Assembly (NCBI RefSeq): GCF_009914755.1 | Contig: NC_060925.1 | Source of the DNA: the human T2T-CHM13v2.0 reference genome, Homo sapiens | Reading direction: 5' to 3' (one strand) | Length of the DNA stretch: 64,000 bases | Shown: positions 41,644 to 53,130 of the stretch, piece after piece | Layout: every line of letters starts with the position of its first letter | How positions within the stretch are numbered: position 1 is the first letter of the stretch | Position numbers and translations under genes: made by a program | The notes under the pieces: generated by a model | The model's database searches: none | The model's input: only the letters and a program-made list of their open reading frames with translations | Told to the model about the DNA's origin: nothing

Positions 41644-44600
41644 AATAAACCATGCACTCACTGCTGTCTTTAGAACTGATGAAACAGTCACCATCAGTCT
41701 TTACTGACAGGCACAGGTAGAGATTCTGAGGTTCTGTTAGACCTTTTATATGAATTTATCCACTTTACTCTCATATTCTTTTAGCATGAAAATCTTGGGA
41801 TTGTATCACTGTCTTCTTCCAATCCCACAAAGCTGCACCTGGTGCTGAAAGCCCCCCATTAAGTTTTCCTAGGTTAGTGACCTGAAGTGTTAAAGATTAT
41901 TTGCCTTATCACAAACCAGCAGAATTGAGCTGACTGTTAAGATCTGTACCAGCTATTGAGATCCACATCCTGTCTACAGAATTACATGAGGGCCTTGCAC
42001 ATAGTTTTGAGTGCCTCACACATAGTTTTGAGTGCCTCCTTCATGAAAGAGTACGTAAGGTGTTGGGGAATTCTTGCCTGTTGGTTGGGACCTATAGGTG
42101 CTTAACCTGCAGGGTTCATGTGTGAGATTCCTGGATTTCACTAGATGGTTAGCAGGATACATAGCATGCCGTTAAGAACCACATGCCATTTGCTGTGCAC
42201 TCCCACCTCTTTTCCTTGCCCCTAACAACTATCCGCAGATGACTCAGTCATGCATAATCCTTCAGTGTTCACAGTAGGGAGAGACAGAAATGGACCTACT
42301 AGGCAGTAGCCCACTAGACTGGGGAAGCTGGGCACCCATTTCTCTTTTACTTTTCCTTATGGTAGAAATTGTAGTCTAAAGGGGCTTATTTCCACACCAA
42401 ACCTTGTCACCTTTGGTGAGATGTAACGTCATAAAGTGAAACTAGTTTTCTTACTCTTTTCAATATGTCCACTATGAGATTTTATGCTTCACTGGGATTT
42501 TGAAACCACTCCTTTAGATTTTAGAGCTCACACATAGGTGTTTTTGTCTGTGAGCAGTTGACAACAACTGTGTTTCTTGGGGGCATGAGGGCTGAAGTCT
42601 CCTATTTTGCCATCTTGATGGCATCACTCTCCCTTTATTTTTTAAAGTAGAATTATAATTCCTAGCCTACCTATAATATACACTTTAAATGGTTAAATTT
42701 TAAAATTTATTACATTTTATTTCATTTTAAGCTATCTTCATAATATATAGAAGTATTCTTTTAAATTTAAAATCACGTCAAGTTGATGCTTATCCTAATA
42801 GTGTCTTTACAAATTATGTTCCTGAAATTTACCATATTTTAGGTGTTGTTTTTCTGGTGTCATTATTTTATCGAGTTGTGACACACAATTTTACATTTAC
42901 TTTATGTAAAAAATATGAATTTTAGTTGTATTATAATTTTAAACACAACTACATTCTAGATCATTTATGTTTCCTGGTTAAATTCAACAGTTCTTGACTC
43001 TGAAAAACCGGATTTTATGGAAATATATAAGGGAACCAGAGGTAGATGAGAATTTGGAGGTTTGGTTTTGAGATTAGGCAGGGAGTTTTGCTGTGTAGGG
43101 AACAAGAAATAGAACAGGTGAGTTTGTGAAAATACAATCTGGTCAGGTCAGATCACTTTTACTATGATGAATGACCTACATTTATTACTCATGTCCTGTG
43201 TCACATGCATATAATATAAAGTCACGGAGGAGAGAGTCTCTGCTTGTTCAAGCAAGCATAGATTAATACCACTCACCTTTATTGGGAATGCTATAGAGAC
43301 AGAAAAAAAAAATACTTAGCCCAGAGTTATTTCTCAATAATATTGCATACAGCAGAGTAGAAAATGTAATCCAAAAAGAAATTCACAAATGTGTAGTATA
43401 CAATGTGAAATGCCACAATTTAAAAAATTATACAATTGAATAAAATTCCATCACATTTACAAATGTGCACAATTCATAGAAAAATAAAATAAATATATTA
43501 AAGAATATTAATATATATTAATCATGGCAGTACAAGTGTTAACATATTAATTTTGAGTTAAGATATTAGTTAAATATAGTTTTTTAATAAAAAGAAGGAA
43601 ATAAGTTAATATTTAGAAGAAAAATAAAATAATATTCTTCTTATATTTATTTGAAGCTGACTCTAAAACTGCAGCCACATTAGCTATATGAAAGCATTCC
43701 CTGAATATGAGTTTTAGTTCATATTGCAAGTAGATCAACTGCATGTGTAGAATTACTAGGTCCCTACTGAATAGTACTGTCATGTAGACAAGTGGCAAAA
43801 TAAAAAGATTATTCTGCTCTATCCAATTTTGATGTTCTTCAATAGGTATAGTCTTCATTATAAAGATAAGATTGGGTTTGATAGATTAAGTGAAGTGGAG
43901 AGCTGAAATGTTATCTTGAAAATTTCTATGGAAACTGAATGCTAAATTAGATTAGAAACTAAAACCTAATTTAGAGCAGGAAAAATGGAATTGAAGATCT
44001 TTTTCATGTTTATCAGATACTTATAAATATTTTCTCTGCTTGAGGCTATGCTCATTTTTTCTTGATACCCTAACTTAATGGCAACAATATGATAGCAAAA
44101 AATGCAATTTTTAAAATGAAGCTTCTTAGCATCCTAGGCTGGTTACAAGCATTTATTGTTTATTGTGTAGAGAGCAATGTACACAGTGTAGGTACTGGCA
44201 GTGAATTTTCCAGTAAGGGAAGGTGTATAAGAAATAGATGTAATAATTGTTTCTTCATAATTAAAAGTCAAGTACTAGATTGTTCCTAAACAAAATATTA
44301 GATTGTTTTCATCTACTTTTATTTCAATATGACCTAAAGATATATTTGATAGAGTAAGAGACTACTAGGAAAAACACTTTTAGATAATATTGTCGACCTT
44401 ATAACAGTACATACACTTTTTTATAGAGCCCTTACTGTGTTACAGCACACTATTAAATGATCTGTATTGTGAAGTGTGAGGCTATAAAGTGTAAGTGTGT
44501 TTCTGTTAAGGTTTACAGTATGTTAGGGACAAATTGTGCTAATGTGAAAATAAATATAAAAGATTTAAATATACTATCTATTGTATAATCATTTAAAAAT

Positions 44601-45159
44601 CAACACAACACAAATATAAAAGCAACATTTAAAACAACTTCCTTTAATTATATATTATATATTAATTTATAAATTAATATATAATCAATATTTGTTAGAA
44701 AAGTTGAACTGTTTAGTCCACTTTTTAAAAAGAAGAAAAATGAATTAGGAAATAATAAATCTTAGGAATGTTTGTAGTTGTCGTTTTATTTAACAAATAT
44801 ATTCAGTTGTTTATAATTTTATTCCAAACTGTGGTGATTGTATGATGGAGAAACTAAAGGCAAATGATAAATGGCTTCAAAGACTCTGCATGGAAAAAAA
44901 TTGATTTATCTCTCACTGTAAGTAACTTGTAAAAAATATTACAGATATTGTGAATTACACAATTACTATGTTTCTGTATTTTTCATTGGCTTCTACGAAC
45001 CTGTAGTAAGAAAATTTGAAATAAAAAGGTCTATTGGTTGTCTCCAAAAAACACGGCACCTTTTTTAGAGTATTACAAGTGTTATCTGATTCTACTCCTT
45101 CAGGACATTTTTTGAAAATTTAGTTCGTAGATGAGAAGTACCTATTTAGCTTACTTTTC

Positions 45160-45297
45160 TCTCTTGATTTCCTCTCTCCTCTCTCTCTCTCTCTCTTTTG
45201 CTTACTCTCACTCTCTGCCTCTCTCTAGTTTTTCATACAGTTTCTGAAGAATGCCAGAATATCTGTTACTCTCTCTCTATATATATATATGTGTGTG

Positions 45298-45340
<43 letters not shown>

Positions 45341-45447
45341 TATCTCTTGGATTTAGCAATGAATCTGTAGATAGAACACCAGGGGCATAATCCACTGAAT
45401 AAATACTGAGAAAATGTGAAATTTGGGGGAAAAATGATCTTGGATTT

Positions 45448-45503
<56 letters not shown>
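45160..45503. repeat. Cluster of (TC)n, (TA)n and (TG)n microsatellites
   Basis: Direct observation at 45172-45196, 45268-45341 and 45449-45503. Confidence 0.85.
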
Positions 45504-45504
<1 letters not shown>

Positions 45505-46034
45505 TCTGTATAACAAATCACCTCAGAAGTTAGTAGCTTAAAATGAGATATATTTATTAGCCCATAATTTCCATGAATCAGGAATTCAGGCAGAAATTAG
45601 CTCAGTGTCTCTGGCTCAGGGCTGCTCATGAGGTTGCAGTCAAGCTCTCAGTTGGGACTGTAGTCATCACAAGGGGAAGATCCATTTCCAGTTTCACGGA
45701 AAGGGCTGCTGACAGGCCTCAGGATGTTCCTGGCTGCTTGGCAGAGATATCCTTTCTTCGCCATGCTTGTCTTTTTAAAATGCTACCAACAGCATGGCAG
45801 CTTGCTTTATCCAGAGGATCAAGGAGAGAATGGTGGGGGTTCAAACAAAAAGGAAGACAGAAACTTTTTAAACCTAATCTCAAAAACAACATTTAATTTT
45901 GCCATATTCCTTTCATGTGAGGCAAGTAAAGGTTGCCAAATAGCCCACAGTCAAAGAGAGACAATTTTATAAGGTCATAAATAACAGGAAGCATGGTTCA
46001 TTGCAAGCCATTTTACAGGTAGCTGACCACACCA
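45504..46034 (-). mobile_element. MLT1 (MLT1F/G-like) MaLR LTR
   Basis: gtataacaaatcacc...tcatgaggttgcagtcaag...gccattttacaggtagctgaccacacca. Confidence 0.75.
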
Positions 46035-46329
46035 TGGTAGCAGCAACAATAAAAATTTTGCACTTTTTAAAGTATTATGTCAGACAACATAGTATATTTA
46101 GATGAATTTTAATCATAAACATCTTATACCTAAATATACTGGCCCTAAACAAGAGTAGTTTAAATCACAACACATAGATAATAAAAAAAAATAGTAGCTT
46201 AGAAGTTAATAAATCATTACGTTGTATTCTCTTCTATGTGAAAAGTGTCTACAAATTACTATTGCTGATAAATGGGCTGGTATCATAGGCCTTAGGTCAT
46301 TAGCTACTTTTTTCCCGCAAATTTCACAT

Positions 46330-46720
46330 TTATCTCATTATTTATTCAATGGATTATGCCTTTGGTGTTGTATCTACAAACTCATTGCTAAATCCAAGAT
46401 CATATAAATTTTCCTTGAGATTATCTTCTAGAAATTTTATTATTTTGAAATTTACATTTATGATCGATTTTGATTGAATATTTCAAAAGGTCTAAGGTCT
46501 ATGTCTATATTCATCATTATTTCTTTGCATGTAGATGTCCAGTGATTCTGGTACCATTTGTTGTAAAAGCTATCTTTTCTCCATCGTATGCCCTTTGTCA
46601 AAGATAGGTTGACTATATTTGTACTTGTCTGTCTCTGGGCTCTCTATTCTGTTCCATGCATTTGTTTATTATTTTACCAATATTAACTTCCTTGGTAGCT
46701 GTAGTGTTACAGTCAGTGAG
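46330..46720 (-). mobile_element. L1M ORF2 fragment
   Basis: cctttggtgttgtatctacaaactcattgctaaatccaagatca...tctgggctctctattctgttccat. Confidence 0.7.
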
Positions 46721-48099
46721 TGCGGTATTTTATGTAATAAATATTAACATGTAGAACTCTCTACAAATTATGTAATGATAAAGATAGGCCAACAATTATA
46801 CATTTATGAAAAGGCTGTCTTCATTATTGTAGTAAATACGTTGAACCACTTGGAGTTGAATTGTGTGGGTCCACTTGTACACAGACTTTTTTTCAATAAA
46901 TATATTTAAAAATTTTTAAGGGATTTGTAATAACTTGAAAAAACTTACAAACTACATAGCTTAGAAATATCAAAAAAATTAAATTACATATGTCATAATT
47001 GCATAAAATATATTTGGATACTAACCTATTTTATTATTTATTATTATAAAATTCAAAAAATCCCTTATGAAAATTAAAAATTTATCAAAATGCAAACACA
47101 GAGCATACCTAGCACCATTCACAAGGAAACATAAACAAACATAAAGATGCAGTATTAAATCTTAGCTGCATAAAATTAACTGTAATACATACCGTAATAC
47201 TATAATAATTTTGAAGCCTGTTGTTGTGGTGGTGATCTCAAGTCTTGCAAATATCCACTTAAAATGTCATGTGCCAGTAATCCTTTCTGTGTTAGCGGTT
47301 TGTCTCTCCAGTAAATTGTTTATTACAGCAAAAAGTAATCTCTCATTGTTTTCATCATGTTTAGTGCAATATGTTAAAACCTCAAGTAACACCAGGGGAC
47401 CCATACAAAATGCCATTAGCAATGCTGGAAGTCCTCCCAAAAAGCAGAGCAATGCCATCACAGTACAATAAAAAATTGAATTGCTTGACATGTACTATAG
47501 ATTAAGGTCTGCACCTGCAGTTACCCACCATTATAAGATAAATGAATCCAATGTAAGAACCACTATGAAAAAAAGAAATGGGAAATTCATGAGGTTCTCA
47601 CTGCAGCTATGCCAGCAGACATAAAAGCCTTGCACTTTTGTCAAAATACTCTCTTATCTCATATTGAAAATACAGTTTTTACATGGCTGAAGGGTTAGTA
47701 TGAGAAAGGAATACCTGAATACTCTAACTGGATTCAAGAAGTGAAGTTATTTTATGGCAGCCTAAAGCAAAAAGAAGCTGAGGCCTCTAAAGCTGTATAT
47801 TTTAATGCCAGCTAAGGATAGTTTGATGATTTTAGAAATAGATTTGGCTTAAAAATGGCAAGATAACAGGAGAAGCACCTTTTATTAACTTAGCATCCCA
47901 GATGTCATTAAGGAAATCATTGAGGAGAAAGAATGTCTGCCTGAACAGGTTTTTTGTTGTTTTTGTTTTTTGTTTTTTGTTTTGCATTTTGTAAGATTTA
48001 TTAAATTTACAATAAAAAATATTGGATGTATTATTACTCATAAATTAGGTGCTACATATTCTTTTATCAGTAATATTTTCTAGCATACCTCTATATAAA

Positions 48100-48168
48100 A
48101 CCCTGGAAACTGCATTTCAAATTAACATCTCAGATACTCTCATGCATACTAAATTTGGAGAACCACTG
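48100..48168. mobile_element. MER5A/B fragment (within the transduced segment)
   Basis: ctgcatttcaaattaacatctcagatactctcatgcatactaaatttggagaaccactg resembles the MER5 terminus. Confidence 0.65.
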
Positions 48169-48289
48169 TTTGAGTCAATGAATGAAAAGATCAGGATCAC
48201 TTAATTTGGTCTCCAAAGGTTCTTCCTGATTTTTACTGAAAGCAAGATAGAGAACAATTTCTTTCAAATGCAGAGGCCTGTTTTTAAAT

Positions 48290-48785
48290 TTAAAAATTAA
48301 TTTTAAAATAGTTGCAGAGAGGTATAATTAACATACAAAAAATTGGCACACTTTGGGGTATGCAATTTACTAAGCTTCGACATATGTATACCCCATTGAA
48401 ACCATCACCACAATCAAGATTGTGAACATATCCATCCCCCCTAAAAGTTTTCCAGTACCCCTTGGTAATTCTTTCCTTCTACCCCTTCTCACATACCCCA
48501 TACCCAGTAACCACTGATCTCCTTTCTGTCACTCTGTTAGTTTGCAGTTTTTTAGAATTCTTTATAAATGAAATCATACAATATGTGGCTTTTTTGATAT
48601 GTTTCTTTTTCTCAGCGTAATGATTTTGTGACTCATCCATGTTGCTGAGTGTCTGTGTGGTTCATTCCATTTTTTGATTGAGTAGTATCCCATTTTATGA
48701 ATATGACACAATTTCTTTCTTTATTTACCTGCTGAGGACATTTGTGTTGTTTACTGTTTTTGCCTATTACAAATAATACTACTCA
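48290..48785 (-). mobile_element. L1ME 3' end (within the transduced segment; upstream piece at 48951-49056, + strand)
   Basis: aaccatcaccacaatcaagat...aaccactgatctcctttctgtcact...gagtagtatcccatt. Confidence 0.75.
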
Positions 48786-48840
48786 TGATGCAGGGCAGGC
48801 AAATCCCAACTCTGGGGCTTAGCCCGGGAAGGTTCTTGAT

Positions 48841-48950
48841 TTGATGAGTTAATGGGTGCAGCACACCAACATGGCACATGTATACATATGTAACAAACCT
48901 GCACGTTGTGCACATGTACCCTAGAACTTAAAGTATAATAAAAAAAAAAG
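48841..48950 (+). mobile_element. L1PA4/5-like terminal ~110 bp with the source element's poly(A)
   Basis: tgatgagttaatgggtgcagcacaccaacatggcacatgtatac...cttaaagtataataaaaaaaaaaa. Confidence 0.92.
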
Positions 48951-49056
48951 TTAAACTCATATCGACCACATGATTCAGCCATTCTACTCCCAGGTATTTA
49001 CCAAAGAGAAAGGGAAATACATTTCAATATAAAAATTTAAACACAAATGTTCATCG

Positions 49057-49513
49057 TGAGGTAAGAGGAAGGACTTGACTCAGGAGTTGGGACTTGACTA
49101 CAGAGATAGGGCTTGGACACTGGACTGAGTTGAGGACTAGCTAAAACACGGAATGAGGCAGAAACAGCTTTCCATTAGACACACCCACCAGTGTGTTATG
49201 TCAGTTTACCATTGTCATGGCAATGCCCAGAAGTTACCACCCCCTTCCATGGCAACAATCCAATGGCACAGAAGTTACCACCCATTTTCTAAAAATTGCT
49301 GCATAATCCGTCCTTCAACTTGCATGTCATTAAAAGTGGGTATAAATGTGCGTGCAGACCTGCCTCTGGGTTGCTACTCTGGTCACACTGCCTGTGGAGT
49401 ATCTCTGCTCCACAAGGAGCTGTACTTTTGCCGCTGCCGTACACTGCCATTTCAATACAAGTTGCTGTTTAACACCACTGCCTTGCCCACTCTTGAATTC
49501 TTTCCTGGGTGAA
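49057..49513 (+). mobile_element. MER41-family ERV1 LTR (MER41E/C-like); its last ~55 bp lie inverted at 48786-48840
   Basis: tgaggtaagaggaaggacttgactc start; ccatggcaac and gaagttacc repeats; ttgaattctttcctgggtgaa. The reverse complement of 48786-48840 is aatcaagaaccttcccgggctaagcccc...ccctgcatca. Confidence 0.85.
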
Positions 49514-49875
49514 CAGGTTTTAAATGTAGATGAAAGTGTCCTATTCTGAGGGGGGAAAGTCAAAATGACATTTATTAGAAAAAAAAAAAAAAGAAGTGAG
49601 CACTAGGATTTAAGGCAGAAAGGCTAAATCTACAGTTCTGTACAAATACAAATGGCCTTGCACTTTATGGATAAGGACTGCCCTTACCTGTAAAGCTGTT
49701 TATCCCTGAGCCTTGAAGAAAAAGATAAACACCAGCTTTCAGTCTTTTGTTTGTACAATAAGAAGGCCTGGAAAATGAAAACCCATTTTCTGGATTGGTT
49801 AAACTGATGCTTTGCTCCTGAAATCAGAAAGATTTCTCTTACCTTATCAGTAAGAGGCTACCTTTAAACTGTTGT

Positions 49876-50199
49876 TTGATTTTGAACAAAGTCCCTGGCC
49901 ACCAAGATCCTCATGAGTTCAACCCCAAACATGTTGAAGTGGTCTATTGTACTTGCCCCCCACACACCATGTGTCTGATTCAGTTTCTAGATCAGGGGGT
50001 TATAAAGACCTTTAGGTCTCATTACACAAATTACACTATGGAAAGGATTGTCAATGTTATGGTAGAGAACCCCTATAGAGAGACCATTTTGAAAGTCTGG
50101 AATAATTACACCATTGAAGATGTCATCATTATTATAGAACAAGCTCTGAAAGATATTAAGCCCAAAGCAATAAATTCCTGCGGAGAAAACAGTGTCTAA
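49876..50199 (+). pseudogene. Tigger2 pogo-type DDE transposase fragment (non-functional)
   Basis: ILNKVPGH...VEVVY..PPHT.CLIQFLDQGVIKTF resembles the DDE_1 motif LDNAPGH...LPPNTTSLIQPLDQGVI; stops and frameshifts on both sides. Confidence 0.85.
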
Positions 50200-50280
50200 A
50201 TGTTGTACGTCACTTTACAGGATTTACAACAAAGCCAGTCAAGGAAATCGTGGAAGATTATGGATTTCTCAAAAACAATG

Positions 50281-51011
50281 TGAAATAGGACAGTTCCCTG
50301 ATCTCCCTCACAGGACATATAACAGGGGTGTGGCTAGCCTGTTAGGTTACTGCTGCTGCTCAAACCCCTGAGAGGAGAGGGAGCACACAGACAGACAGGT
50401 GCAGGAGCCCAAGCGGGTATGTGTTACAGTGTGCCCTTTTAGCCCTGCCATCCGCAGACAGCTTAAGTGTTAACCAGCTCAATGAACCCTCTGCCTTTTC
50501 ACAAGGGCAGAGGCCCAGTGTGACAGCTTTCTGTATCCAAGCTCTTGCCTAGTGTCCCAGAAGAATTGGGTCACACAGGGGCTTGACAAATTCAGGGATT
50601 TATTAAATGGTAGAATTGGCTCTCAGCAGGATGGATGGGGAGCCGGAAGAGGGGGATGGAGTGGGAAGGTGATCTTCACCTGGAGTTTGGTGGTCCAGCG
50701 ATCAAAGTCCTTTCTAACCACCTCTCTTAGAATTCAGACATTCCTCCTCTTCTCTCTTTCTCTGCCACCTTGTTTCACCCTTTGTCTGCTTGTCTCATCT
50801 CCCTGTCTGCTCATCTGCTTTCGGAGCCTGGGGTTCGGAGTTTGCATGGGTACAGGATAGGGGGCGTGGTAGGCCCGAAGACTGCTTCTGGGGCATGAAA
50901 CCAGGAATGACTGTCCCCATTTAGGGTCTCGGGTATCCAGGCTTGAGGGTGCGGCCTTTGCCATGGAACCATCCTCTTCTACCTGGTACTCCCATTCTCC
51001 TATCCATATCA
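50281..51011 (-). mobile_element. LTR1-family ERV1 solo LTR inserted in Tigger2
   Basis: tccaggcttgagggtgcggcctttgcc...ctcttctacc...atca end; 4-bp TSD AATG at 50277-50280 and 51012-51015. Confidence 0.85.
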
Positions 51012-51148
51012 AATGGGCAGTGAAGGGTTTCAAAATATACATTTTGAAGAAATTCAAGAGCTATTATAAGAGACACTACACTAGAGGAATTAATAGAAAA
51101 TGACTTGATGTAGATGCCTGCTTTTGAACATGTGCTGGACAGTGATGC

Positions 51149-51285
51149 TAACGTTTGTATTTTTTGTAGAGAAGGGGCTTTTGCCGTGTTGCCCAGGCTG
51201 GTCACGAACTCCTGGAATCAAGCAATCCTCCTGCCTTGGCCCCCCAAACTACTAAGATTACAGGTGTGAGCCACCATGCTCAGCC
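51149..51285 (-). mobile_element. Alu left arm only (AluJ/FLAM-like)
   Basis: tttgtattttttgtagaga...gtgagccaccatgctcagcc; no right arm. Confidence 0.8.
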
Positions 51286-53083
51286 AGTATATTTAAAATC
51301 AGTCACCAAGTTGGATAGTTACTAACTTAATAAAGTAACCATATTATTTATAAAAACTCTAAAATAAAGTAAATTGTATCTAATCAGAATGTTTTAAAAT
51401 TAATTTTATTTACATATTTAAAAAGACACTTTACTTTGCCTTGCATAATAAGTATTCTTAAATAATGGATGGATGAGAGTTCATGAACTTACATTTACTA
51501 AATCATAATTACACATTCAAATTCATGGATTAGTTACCAAAAAAAGCTTTTTATAGTAGAATGTGTTTTATGTAAATTTGGTGGATTTTTTCTATAAATA
51601 AGTGATATTATCTTTCACACAAAATAACTTTTTTTATGCTTTGGTGATAGTATATTTTGTTCTACTTATATAGAATGTCATCAGTGACAGTACCAGCAAG
51701 ATAATGGCATTGAGAACTGTTTGCTACAATAAGAACATAATTCCACCAATGAAAATTCATGATTGAATGAAATGAAAATGGATAGTGCAAGAAACATGTT
51801 TAGGCAAAGTACGCTGTTCATGATAGAAATGTAATAGATAATAGAAAACTACCTTTAAACATTTTCTGGTCATTTATTTCATTCATCAGGTGCTTGTCAT
51901 TGTTCAGAGGACACTGTATGTTGACCACATAAAATCCTCTGAATAAATATTTGGAAAGATTATTATTAAAATCAGTTAGTTTTTAAAACTGTGACGAACT
52001 TAGAGACAGGAAGTTAAGTAGGATGAGATAAATAATATACCAGAAATTATATAGCAAATTCAGAGAAAATTAATAATGATAAAAACATTTACCTAGAAGA
52101 AAGCTTTTATAAAAGAAATAATCTGTCTAGTAATTCTGTTATGATGCAATTTTGTTATAATAAGTCTTCAATATTTGTGTAGACTATTTTATTTTTCACT
52201 TATGCGATGAGAGAAAACCTTGACTCAAACAGTTAAAGGTTCACGGAACCTTTAGTTCAAATCTTCTCTTTGTCTTATTGCCAAACTCTCATTTATGTGA
52301 CGTACTTGTCCAGAATGTTCAGAATTATGATCCAAAAATATTGACTTTTTAGACTCATAAATTAATCAGATAAAAGTTTAATAAGATTAATTTACGTGGT
52401 ACACATTTACTGTATTTGTTTAAAAAATAAGAGTGTGTTTGTTGCTGTCTCACCTGTAATCCTCTACCTGATACATAAGCAAAAAAGAGAATTATAAATA
52501 TGCCAACTATTATTCTGAATTCTGTTTCAATCCCTAACATGGAAACTTATGCAGTGTGGTTGACCAAAAATAATAATGATGATTGTTCAAAGGGAAAATT
52601 TAATAATTTTCTTGATATAAAATTAAATATAATTTTTTAGATGTTGACTAACCCAAAGAAAACTATTAGAACTTTGTATTTTTACTTCTAATCCATAGGT
52701 TTATTTTCTAAATTATTTTATTTTTTATTATGTTAACCTTTAAACCAGTAAATTCAAATGGCACTAGAGTCATTCATTATAACTAGTCCTTATATTTTTT
52801 AAATACTTATAGTAAATTGGGACATCTTGCCTTTAGTTTTCCCTTTTCCTGGTGTTCTATCTACAATATTCAAAATTTTGTAATACTATCATTTTCCATT
52901 TCACGGAAGATGAAGTTGAAAAATGGCTTATGATTCCAATTTAGTAAAACAGAAAACACACACACACAGAAGTGGGAAGTAAAATGCTAACATATGCTGC
53001 TCTCATCTTATGGGACTAATTTGTATATCAATTTTAATTAATTTTAACTAATTATATATCAATATTAAAAAGCATATTTGTGC

Positions 53084-53086
<3 letters not shown>

Positions 53087-53119
<33 letters not shown>

Positions 53120-53130
53120 CACACACACAT
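53087..53130. repeat. (CA)n microsatellite
   Basis: Direct observation. Confidence 0.95.

Larger units (their letters stand above)
47942..49521 (-). mobile_element. L1-mediated insertion: truncated L1PA plus 3'-transduced genomic flank, 5'-inverted
   Basis: 12-bp TSD TGAACAGGTTTT (47942-47953 and 49510-49521); T-rich tail at 47950-47985; TTTATT at 47997-48002; TTTT/AA at 49518-49523. Confidence 0.9.
46831..51148 (+). mobile_element. Tigger2 DNA transposon (5' TIR and decayed transposase), interrupted twice and 3'-truncated
   Basis: Left end gttgaaccacttggagttgaattgtgtgggtccacttgtacacagac; transposase N-terminus near 47394 (GPIQNAISNAGSPPKKQ); DDE region at 49876-50199. Confidence 0.9.

Noticed and set aside
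47942-49521. Processed pseudogene of a coding mRNA
   Set aside because: The insert consists of L1PA, L1ME, MER41 and MER5 repeat pieces plus short unique DNA, with no coding content. It fits L1 3' transduction.
47394-50199. Domesticated TIGD/CENP-B-like transposase gene
   Set aside because: Multiple stops and frameshifts plus a 1.56-kb insertion; it is a decayed Tigger2.
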